Below, in pieces: positions 24,801 through 36,800 of a stretch of DNA of 64,000 nt (positions within the stretch are counted from its first letter, which is position 1; each line of letters starts with the position of its first letter). The position numbers and the translations under genes were made by a program. The notes under the pieces are model-generated. The model was not told the DNA's origin and did not search any database. It was given only the letters and a program-made list of their open reading frames with translations. Source of the stretch: Phoronis australis (taxonomy: Eukaryota; Animalia; Phoronida); the NCBI GenBank assembly GCA_002633005.1, contig NMRA01000237.1, positions 248,001 through 312,000 of the forward strand, given 5' to 3'.

Positions 24801-27800
24801 TTACAGAAGAGCCTCTCACATTCACTGTCCAGTTGGCTGGTGCAGAGTGCATGGAGCACGAGACTGTCACACTCAGGTGTGAAGTCTCTAAAGACAATGT
24901 AGCTGCCACATGGTCTAAAGATGATGTGGAAATCACAAGCGGTGACCGCTTCACCATCTCTGTTGATGGCAGAGTGCACACTTTGACAATAACTGATGCC
25001 CAACTTAGTGACAAGGCAGAATACACCATTAAGGTTGAAGACAAGAGCTCCACAGCTCCTCTTGTGGTTGAAGGTAAGGGTTGTAAACTTGTTGTGAGAG
25101 TTGTGGTGTGTGTGTAATGTGTGCCATAAAGAAACAAGAAAGAACAGCTCTCTGTTCCTTCAAGTTGTATATGGGTGCTAGTCTTTATGACCAGGCTACA
25201 CACAGTTTCACTAACAGACTAACATCTGCTTGCCTGATAGTGTATGGTATGTGGCGTAATTAGTTGTTAGTATATGGAGAATAACTGGTACTTTATCCTA
25301 TGGTATAGTTGGCCTTGGTTCTAGATAATTATTCGGTAATTCATAACTCGCATAAGAATAATTGCCAAAATTGTAAGTTTTCTATTTCTCAGGGGTTGAT
25401 TAACTTGCTGGAAATAATTAGAAACTTAATCAAATGTTGTTTTATGGCCTCTACGCAATACAAATCAAACTAATAATCTTTATCGGAATCTGTTTTCTTG
25501 TAGTATGCAATGAGCTATGTTGCAGAGTAAAACAGGACGTAGATTATCGAATAATGTCACGCATGATGAAAATTCAAAAGGTATAAATATAAAACAAGAC
25601 TCTGCAAGATGGGCATAGGATAAAATGCCATGATGGCAGCATTTTTTCTCCTGAGAATTTTGACCTTGTCTGCCATATTTTGTGCTCAAGAGGTGAAAAT
25701 TACCATAGTCAGTATTCTGAAGGCATAGTAATTTGAAATTTGTGGGGTTTAGTTGATTTTTATTAATGTTGTTTCCACTAAATGGCATAGTATTGATTAA
25801 TGCTGATCATGACATATTTGTTTACTGGACTGGACTGGACTGCAGAGATGGTGTAGTTGGAATATCACCAGAGGTTGATGTGATGTGGCAGTTATATTCT
25901 AGTCATAATGAAATCCATCTGATGGTGTAAATTGAAATTCTTGCTTAATCTGTAAAGGAATTCTGTGGAGAATTACACAAAGGGTTAGTTAGTGAACACT
26001 ATAACAAATCAAGATTAGCAATAGCAAGCAAAAGGAAATGACTCAGGAATGTTAATGCTTGATTAAAATAAGATATGTAATAATTAAAGCCACGTATATC
26101 ACATCAACTGTAATATCAATGAATGTATGCAGGTTTGGTTTAAGTTTTGTGGTTTCTTTTACAGAAGAGCCTCTCACATTCACTGTCCAGTTGGCTGGTG
26201 CAGAGTGCATGGAGCACGAGACTGTCACACTCAGATGTGAAGTCTCTAAAGACAATGTAGCTGCCACATGGTCTAAAGATGGTGTGGAAATCACCAGCGG
26301 TGATCGTTTCACCATCTCTGTTGATGGCAGAGTGCACACCTTGACCATAACTGATGCCCAACTTAGTGACAAGGCAGAATACACCATTAAGGTTGAAGAC
26401 AAGAGCTCCACAGCTCCTCTTGTGGTTGAAGGTAAGGATTGTGGATTAGTTGTTAGCAATGGAGTGTGTGTAGTATGCTTGATGTAAAGAAACAAATGGT
26501 TCTCTTTTGCTTCAAAGATTGCATTGATGCGAATGGGCAAGTTGCCAGTGGACCTTTTTCTACATTGTTCACATCATCTCCTTGTATGGCAAATGTAGGT
26601 AACTTCCATAGGTCTGCACCATACTGTGACTGCATAGTCAAATGTGGCTTTGTGGTTAACCATAACCAATCTTTAAAAAGAATCTTTCCACAGATTTTAT
26701 TGAATCTATGAAATTTCTAGTTTACACATTGTATTTTTTCCTTGTGCTGAAGCTGATGGTGCAGAATATTTCATGTGGTAGCTGATACCAGAACAAATTT
26801 CTTTGTTGAAGGCTCGCTTTTTCTCATTCAAATGCTAAAATTAGTTGATGTAACTTCTAAGCACTGTTCATGAAACCTTTGGTTGAAGTAAAGTGTTGTA
26901 CAGGTAGGTACATGGGCGACACAGCATGATGTAGTGCCCCTTTTTGTCTTCGGCTGTGACTGAGTGAGAGAGCAGATGGAGTTGGAATTCATTAACATCG
27001 TCAATGTTTATTAATTATCCTTTTCTTTTGCGTTTTTCCAATGCCTGCTACTGATGTTTTGTGTAAGAACCTCTTGTATTCATGAAGCAAGATTTAGACT
27101 GTTTTGAGCATGTGACTTAAATGTCGAAAGTTAACATTGATGGCATGTGGATGAAAAGTGGTCAAGTCACTGAGCGTAGTGACTGCTCCGTTCTAACTGT
27201 GGATGGTGATGTCCATTCTGTAACAATACATGATGTCCAGCTTCACGATGATGGTGAATACACAGTCTTTGCTGGAGACCTATCCTGCTAAGCATAGCTA
27301 TATTTCGAAGTCTGGTGCTGGGCTTTTTCACAAGAAAACTGATTGGTGCAATCACTGAGTATCTCATGAGCCTTTTTGTTCATAATTCTATCAATTTCAA
27401 GTAAACATCAACTCAGCTAGTAATTATAATTGTTGGCAAAGTCCTTTTGTAATGAAATCATTACCTTGATTTTAAAGCACCTTGTAGTTACGTGACCAAA
27501 GTGTTATCACTTGTTTCAAATATACTTTCAACTCCCCAGTTTGTGGACGATGATAACTTTTCTGTATGTGAAGTCAAGGGATTTTTACTTTAAAACTTAA
27601 CCACTCACTCATTAGAGTTCACCAAGCGATTGTTTTAAATGCGACATAACATGCTCAACTCTTGGTATAAAGTCTTTCAGCTCATTCTAAATGCATGTGT
27701 CAATATCACTCATTTAACTTAGTCATAGCTGTATTGCTTATTATAAAATTGTTTTGCATACATTATCTTACCCTAACCTTCACCTTATTTGCAGAAGAAC

Positions 27801-30800
27801 CTCTCAAATTTACCTCCCACCTTGGAGAGTACAAATGCATCGAGCATGAAACAATTGTACTAACATGTGAACTGTCCAAGGAGAACGTTCAGTGTCAGTG
27901 GTTCAAAGATGGTGGAGAGGTCTTCTCTGATGGTCATTTCGAAATTTCGATTGATGGCAAAACCCATAGCCTCACAATCACTGATGCCCTATTAGACGAT
28001 GAAGCAGAGTACATAGTTGTGTCGCAGGGTGCTGAAACAAAAGGAACTCTATTTGTTGAAGGTGCGTTGAGAAAAATGTACAGTTCCCCATTGGCAAGTA
28101 AATTTTTGTTGCGCTGAAGCCCCATTGCCAAATGCAAACTGGGGTGCTGGCACTGAATGCAGCTGTTTGTAGCGAATTCATCAGTTGGTCTCCCAATGCT
28201 GTTATTAGTAGTCCAAAAATGCCTCTCAACACAATCAGTCATATTGTCAAATCTCACCAATTTCAGAATAAAATAATTACCCAGATCGCCTGTTTTACAT
28301 TTTTCAAATGGTGCTTAAACTGCTTCAAAGTCCACAATTTCTCAAAACATTGACTGATGGTGACTACGTTATAGATTTAAGGCTCGATAAAGCGTGTATT
28401 TTGTGAAACTTGAGCTTTATGCAAAGAAAAAAGAAGTGAAATTTCATTTGCCTCCCATTTTGTGTCCAAAATTGGCGACGGAGATTTTACCGTGACATCC
28501 ATATTATTTAAGTACCTAATGTGTATTGTCCCTTGCAGAAGAGCCTCTACTAATTATTAACCCACTCCGAGATGTCCAGTGTCTTGAGCATGGCTCGGTT
28601 GTACTGACGTGTGAACTCAACAAAGATAACATTGATTGTGTATGGCTGAAGGATGGTCAGAAAGTTGAGCCAAGCGAGCGAATTGAGATGTATGTGCATG
28701 GTTGCCATCATTATCTGGCTGTGCAAGATGCCGAGCTTGATGATGAGGCTGATTACACCATTGTGGCCGGAGACAAGGAGTCCACTGCTACCATGTTTGT
28801 TGATGGTTGGTATTTATTGTGTTTTGGTAATTGTTAATCCCTTTTGCTTATTCTAACAAATGTTAACCTGCTGATCTCTGTCTGTTAACTGTGTCTGGTC
28901 AATTATAGGCCAAGAACTAAATGCTCTAACTAACATTGTGTTTTTTGCAAATTCTCAGTGTGATTGGGAAATTACTATCCGTTCTTCAGATATTCTGCAT
29001 AAATTAGTTACCAAAATTGTATTTGTGTATTTCTGAAGCCGACATGTATCAACATTACTAAAAATCAACCCAAATTTTCAAGTGTTACGTCATCACTATT
29101 TAGACATCCTAGAAGTGATGAAGTAACATTTTTTGGTGGAGAAGTTTGGTAAAATGAAATTTGAAATTCTACTTTCATACTACGTTTAAAGTAATTGAAG
29201 AATTTCCATAGCACACGAGATATTCTCAAATTTCTTCTTTTATTTTGTCTCCATATATTTTCTTGTTACTGAACTAATATTACTAACTGCTGTGTTCTTA
29301 ACTTCCTAAATTTTAGAAGAGCCACTGAAGATAGTGAAACACCTCGAGGATGTCCGATGTCTCGAATACGAAACTGTCATTCTAATGTGTGAACTTTCTA
29401 AAGAAAACATTGAAGGCAAATGGCTGAAAAATGACTCACCTGTTGATCTGAGTGGTCAATATGAAATTATCAGGGATGGTAGATTTCATAATCTGACCAT
29501 ACCTGAAGCAGTCATAGCTGACTCTGCCACCTACAGTTTCACAGCCAGAAATAAACATTCCACTGCTGTAGTTCTTGTTCAAGGTGTGTGAAATAACTAC
29601 TAATGGAGCTAAGTATTGTACGATATGTCCACAGTGTTCATATTGTTGTGGGATGGAGTTTTGTGCTGGCCTTGCATGGAAGCTTATTAACTCAACCAAA
29701 AGAGTTTTTAAAATTTATACAGTGTGATGCTTTTTGAAAGGTTTGAGCAACACTGCGTATTCTCTTATGATAGCAAAAAATAGTTTCTGTTCTGACTAGT
29801 AGAGCTTTAGTTCAGTCTTAATAAGCTAAAAATTCATAGTTGGTTCTAGTCTCCTGTTTTTTGAAAACCTAGTGGGTGTTGCAGTATTTTTAGATGCTCA
29901 CAGTTTGAAAAACAAATTCCTTCCGAGATGAGCGGGATTTGTTTTTTACTCAGTGCTTGGCAAATCATGGAATTTCAAACCTTGCCTTTGTGACATTGTA
30001 CAGCTTTTCAAAAAACACAAGACCTTGGCTGATTATGATAGGGCGGGCATAGTTAGCCGTTGAGTGCAGGTCCCAAATTGAGTCGAGGAAGACATCAGAC
30101 CCAACTATGCTGTTTTGGTCTTAAATAAGAAGGCAGATTGTGTTTTCAAGCATTTTTCTACATTATAATCTTATCCAATTGGTGGAATCTTACACTGCTC
30201 TGTTTTGCCTTAATTATTAACTAATTCTTTTATTTTAAGTACTTAACTTGTCTTCGGATCTGAACGATCTATTAATGAATGCATGTTGTGAGCTTACATT
30301 GTGTTTTTCTCTTGATAAATAAACAATTATTCTTTGAAATGTAATCAGTTACTGTAAGTTACTCATTGCATGGCTTTTAGTGTAATATTCACCTGGTGAA
30401 TGTGTGTGGTCTGTTTGCAGAAGTACCCGTCCATATAACCCTCCCCTTGACTGAAGTATCTTGTCTTGAGCATGAGTTGATCTCCCTGACCTGTGAACTG
30501 TCTAAAGACTGTACAGACGTCACCTGGCTCAAGGACAATCAACCAATCACAACCTCTGATAGAATAACCATATCAGCTGATGGTAAAAATCATGCTTTGA
30601 CCATCTCTGATGCAGAGTTGGAGGATGAAGCAAATTATACCATTGTTGTCAAGGATACGCATTCTACAGCTATGGTGTTTGTAGAAGGTTAGTTTGTTGG
30701 TTAATGAGTGTCTTAGACGGTCATGGTGTGTTTCAAATTGGACCAGGAGGTAGGGAGAGTGAATGTGGAGAGTGTTTGAATGTGAAATGTGCACGAATGT

Positions 30801-33800
30801 GTAAGATCACATTTCCATTATAGTGGCTATCCAATGTCACGTAGACATTTGAGGCGCTGGTTTGACAATGGTAAAGGTAAGATGGAGAAACGGTGTTCAA
30901 AGGCAGGGTTAGATTATCTTATCACACTGTCTGTGTGTTAGATAACTTAATACACTTTTTGGTGATCCAGCCAATTGCCTGGATGTGGCTGTGTTGTTAA
31001 AGAATCAGTCATGTATTTACAGCACATTTTTAAAGCGATTTTCAGTGTCAATACATTTGAATCAAACCATTCATCCCTCTAAATTGGGCTACACCTTGTA
31101 CCACTTTTGAAAATAAAATAATCAGTCAAATGACTTTTTATGTTGTATAATCACCTGTCTTAAGCAATTTTCATTGGTAATATATTCCTGGTCTTGTGTA
31201 GAATTGGCAAATCAATTTTGTTGAAGACTAAAGTCAAAAAGGTGTAATTGACAATCCATCCTTTCATGCCCCAAAAGCAATATGACAGGTTCTGTGACTG
31301 CACACTAGATGGTGCCTGTGGTCTTTATTCACAAGCTTCCTGATCAACTAACAAAACGTGCAATGCTTCTGTGCCACAGTCATAACACTTCCTTTGCTTC
31401 GTAATTAGCTGAACATAAAATGACTCAGCCGAGTGTTGTAACAATTGAATATATTCACTCTTTTACAGAGAAGCCGGTTGAAATAACCAAACCACTAACT
31501 GGCTTAGAATGCACAGAACATGAAACCATCAGTTTCACGTGTGAGATCTCAAAGGATAATTTCCCATGCAAATGGTTCATGGATAACGTGGAGATTGAGT
31601 CTAACGAACGCTTTCTCATAACAGTTGAAGGACGTGTGCATACTCTAACAATTCAAGATGTGCATCTAGATGATGAAGCAGACTTCTTGTTCAGAGCTGG
31701 CGACAAGAGCACAGTCGCTGCTCTCTTTGTCGAAGGTTTGTAATCAGAAAATGGTTTTCTTGATCACTCTCTTGTGTTGGTTATTGTTGATTCCTTTTCT
31801 TTCAAATTTGTTCTGGCTATTAATGAGTTAATAATTGTTTAAATTTTCAGTTTTCTGTGTTATCTAACAGTTCAAAACCCTTTTCATGGCTCGACATTTT
31901 GTTTTATTTGGTATTTCTGTCTGCTGTTCATGTTTACCACCAACACCTTGACAAACTCAACATGCACATTACAGAGGCACCAAAATCACCACCTTTGACC
32001 CCTGAACCCATGAGTGAAGAACTAACCTCTGACCTCACTCCTGAACCCACCAAAGAAGAATCAACGTCTGACTTTGATGCAGAACTTGTTCCAACTGGTG
32101 CTGAAGAACCTGATGTTGTGGATGCTGATTTCAAGGCACCACCTGAAGCTGAACCAGAAATCCAACCTGTCATAGAAGAAGAGGTGGAAGTCTCAGTGCC
32201 ATCCGAACCTGTTGTTGAGAAATTGGAATTTATTGCACCTCTGACTGAAGTAACCACTATTGAAGGCCAGCCTGTGAAGTTGTCGTGTGAATTGTCAAAG
32301 CCAGATGTCACTGTAGAATGGTTCAAAGATGGTGTCAAACTTGCACCAGATGATCGCGTGAGAATAACCTGCGAAGGTTCCATTCACCAGCTGGAAATTG
32401 ATGCCGCGGACCTTGACGATGAAGCTCAGTATACCGTGGTTGTTGGTGATGAGACAACCTCTGCATCACTTTATGTCGACGGTTTGTACCCTATCTTACC
32501 CTCACACACCACCAAGTGCATTTTGTTATACCCACTACATATGGTCAGAGATCCAACTACTATTTCAGTCTCTAACATTGTGTGCTAACCCCTGAACAAC
32601 ATTATGGTCTAACCTCTCCACAATGACCTCGTCTTCAGTTACACAAGATGATGTAATATTATGGCACTACTATATACATTTTGTTAACTCTTTCAGTAAA
32701 ATTTTGCGATTAAAGTTGCGCCATTAACAATCAATTTCTGTGCACTTTGTCATCTGTTGCTTGTGTGTTTGAGCTTATATAAAAGGACAATTATTATAGT
32801 ACATTCTAATTAATCTTAATATAATCTTTTCTTCCAACTCTTTTCAATAATTTGATATAATTTGCACTAATGTTACTTGCACCATTTTTACTTGGATTGT
32901 GGTTACAGAAGAGCCAATTGAAATTGTGGTTCCACTGAAGGAGACCGTTTGCTTTGAACACCAAACGTTCACACTAACATGCCAGTTGTCCAAGGAAAAC
33001 ATCGGGGTCCAGTGGTTGAAGGATGATGTTGAAATAACCAGCACTGACCACTGTCAACTCACTGTTGATGGACAGTTCCATCAGTTGACCGTCGCGGATG
33101 CACATCTTGATGACGAGGCAGATTATACTGTTGTTGTGAAAGGAAAACGATCCACAGCTGCAGTTTTTGTTGATGGTATGTTTCTTAGACTTTTTTACCA
33201 CGTCCCGGATGATTGCGAGTCACTAGTTCAAGTTCCCTTGTATTTGTGTGTTATTTTTTATCGTTTTTATCTATCTCCTTTTATTTACCCTTCATTTTGT
33301 TTTGAATGCACCTTATTTTGATATTTGTTTCTCAGTTAACCATTTCACAAGAGTTTACTTTTCTCACCAGTAAATGTGTAATAAAATTCTAACATGTTTG
33401 TGTGGCTTTGTCTAACACCCTTATTTGCACTATGATTTTTGCTTGCTAACTTTCAGCTGAAAATGAAGCGTTCTCATTTCTTCATGAGGCTGCTGTTGAT
33501 AATGTCTTGACAACTGAAGACCAGGATGTTAAGGTCTTGCCAGAATTAATTCATGAAAATGTCACCAGAGGACAGCAGGAGTGTAGTGTAACTGCTGCTG
33601 AGACATGCAAATTTGAACCACACTCTAAAGAATTGGACATTCCAAGTTTTTCACCATTGACACTACAAGAAAATGAAAGGAAAATTCAAGACATAGATGT
33701 AAAACTACCAGAAGTTGAAGATGTTGTTGTCACGGAAACGGGCAGTGATCTTGAAAGCTACATTGCTGTGTCGGTAGATGAAGAATCCAAGCTGAATCCC

Positions 33801-36800
33801 AGCATCAGTGCAGCTGAAGTTGAAGAACTTGTTGTCGAAGAAAAAGAGGTTATGATTGATGATAGTACTTCCAATGATCTTGACAATGTAGCGAACATCG
33901 ATTTTCAAAGAAGACAAAGTGTTGCTCCTGAAATTGAAGGCTGGGCAATTGAGCAAAAGGAAACCCCTGTGCAGGATATTGAACCAACTGAAGCAGGAAG
34001 TCTGACTGTAGAATCAGAAAATGTTGCTGCTGAGGTACATGAGTCTGACATCAGAGAGAAAACTGAAAATCTTCCAGTGACTAGTTCTATGCAGACATTA
34101 GGTCTTACTGCACCTGAAACTGAACTTCAGGCAACCGTGACGGAAGAGGTCGTTCCAAACTTAAAGGAAGGCAAAGCTGATGCGGTTCAATCAATGCATG
34201 TTGATGAAACTGAAGATGCCAAAGTAGAACTTGAAGCTGCCGTTACTGAGGAATCTGTGATTGCAGAAAAGGAAATCCACGAAAAATTCTCATATCAAGA
34301 CATGCAGATTGATAAAGTGGATGAGGTAGCAGTGGCATCAAATGCTGCTCTTTCTGAAGAACCTGATATCGAAGAAAGAAACACTGAAATGCAACCTATA
34401 CAGGCAGAAGAGGTTGATTCTGCATCATCAATGTTGAAGGAAATCAGTGCCCATGAAACAGAACAGGTTAGTATTAATGAGAAAGAGGAAGACATTGATA
34501 TGATGCTCGAGTCTCATGCCAGTGAGGTTGACACTCTTGCCACAAATTTGGTAGTTCCAGAAATTGAGGAATTTGCAGCTGAAGAGAAAGAAACGAGAGC
34601 GCACCCTATTAATGCAGCAGAGGTGATGGGCATGGAAAAGGTCACTACCGAGGTTGCTGCAGTTGAAGTAGAACTGGTTGATGTACACGATAAGGAAGGT
34701 GATTTTGAGCATCTTCATCTTTCAATGTCGGACGTGGATGAACTTAGCAGTAGAGATGTTGCATTAAAGGCAGTAGAAATTACCGAGTTGGAAGGAAGAC
34801 ACGATGATTCTGTTCTGCCTGGACTTGATGAACTAGAAATCCATGGCAAGTCTATAGAAGATTCCTTGGTTGGGAAGGTTGAGGTGGAAGATAACCATGT
34901 TATAGAGAGCTCTCCTGACAAAGAAGAGAGGGGACATGGTGATGCTGAGGTTGACCTGGTGCCACAAGTGTTAGTTGACATAAAGGAAACTGAGGAAGTT
35001 GATTTTGATTTTGATCTTGATCAACAACCTCAAGTTGAGGAAGAGATTGTGTATATGTCCTATGACATTGCGCCAGGACAGCAGCCAGTATTGGGCTCAG
35101 ATATTGAAGGTAGTGGTGTGGTGTCAATTGATGAATCTGTATCTGTTACGAGTATTGCCAGCGATGTATTCCAAGCAGACACTAATTTGCTGCTTCCACC
35201 TGATATTCTTGATGAAGCCTCTGGTCAAGCAACAAAAGAAACAATATCTGAAGAAGAACCTGAAGGTATTGTTGAAACGAAAGACACACTACCTGTTGAT
35301 GAGCCACTAAAGATTGTATCTTGTTTGACTGATCAGGAATGCTTCAAAGGAGAGTCGGTAAAGTTTCTTTGTGAGGTATCCAAAGAAAATGTTGAAGGAA
35401 CGTGGATGAGAGATGGTATTGTTGTTGTTCCTGGAGATGGGGTTGAAGTTACAAGAGAAGGAGTTTGTCATTCATTAACAGTTGCTAATGCAAGATTGTC
35501 TGACCAAGCCACATACTCATTCTCTGTTCATAGTGTCAGCACGCATGCTTCTCTTTCCGTGAAAGGTTTGTTATCTTTACACATCTCTTATATGTTAATA
35601 TTTCAATACCTGAGGCTGTTTCACTAAATATCTGCAAACCTTCTTTGGTTCTGAGTCAGATTGAGGCTTGTGGTAACCTACGAGTGACAAATTGTTCAAG
35701 AAATAGACTCTTTGTTGTTAAAATAGACATGAAATTAAGATAAAAACATGCTAATTTTGTCTGAGACGAAACATTTATTCAGTCGTACATTATGGTTCAT
35801 CAGTGTTGGAAAGATTGTAACCTTACGAATTTTAGTGAAACAGCCCATCGATTTTTGCATCCACTTTTGATTATCATTTTAGATTTCATTTGCTGTTTTA
35901 CGTTCCTTTACAATTTATAATTTTATTATCAACTCTTATAAGTTCTTAATTTTCCCAGTGTGGATTCCAATCTTGCATTAACTGTCTTGTTTTTGTTTTT
36001 GTCTTCCATGTGTGAATTATCTTCCCACACCCTTTGCTACTAACCATATCTTGCAGAGTCACCGATCACCATAACAAAACCACTAACCGATATGGAGTGT
36101 ACTGAACATTCACAAATTGAACTCGTTTGTGACGTCTGTAAAGAGGGTCTCATAGGCCAGTGGTTCAGAAATGATACACTGTTAATGGATGGAAATCGAT
36201 ACAATATACAAGTGGATGGCAGAACCCATTCTTTGCTTATTCATGATGCTGTGCTTGAAGACCAGGCATTGTATACATTTCGAATTGGGGACATAAGTTC
36301 ATCAGCTAGGGTGTTTGTCAAAGGTTGGTAAAATTTTTGTTATGCAGGACTGACTAATGAGTCGATTTTGATGTTACCATTTGCTCATGACATGAATAGC
36401 TTTGCCTTCAAGTTTCATATTTAAAGCCACATATGAAACCTTCAAATATAATATGTAGAGAAGTGAAGAGGTTTTTTAATGTGACAAATAATTGTATCTA
36501 CATTCCTACAATTTTGCTAGGGCGAATGTGGAGTTAATTCATTCTGCCTGTGGCTAGTTTATTACTTTAATTGAAAGTTGGTATTATTTTCCCTTAGTCT
36601 TGTCTTTGTATGTGGCTTTAAAGATGATTTTTAGTGTGTAGAAGGTGTTACGCCAGACTTCAAAGATCACGGTAAAGTATATCAGTTTATTTTTTTGTCT
36701 CAACTGGTCATAATAGCACTTATAACTACTATGGCACATAATAATAATTCGCTGTCCCCTCTGCTTGCTTATGGCATTCCTGCATTTATTAATTACAGAA

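Larger units (their letters stand above)
22885..26470 (+). repeat. Tandem segmental triplication, unit about 1.36-1.42 kb, each unit carrying an Ig exon
   Basis: Exon starts at 23389, 24807 and 26165; introns 23656-24806 and 25074-26164 are near-identical. Confidence 0.9.

Noticed and set aside
30810-31005. Faint Ig-like words (RWFDNGK) in intron 25, and similar traces at about 38835-38900 and 39395-39430
   Set aside because: Too fragmentary to distinguish from chance without an HMM.
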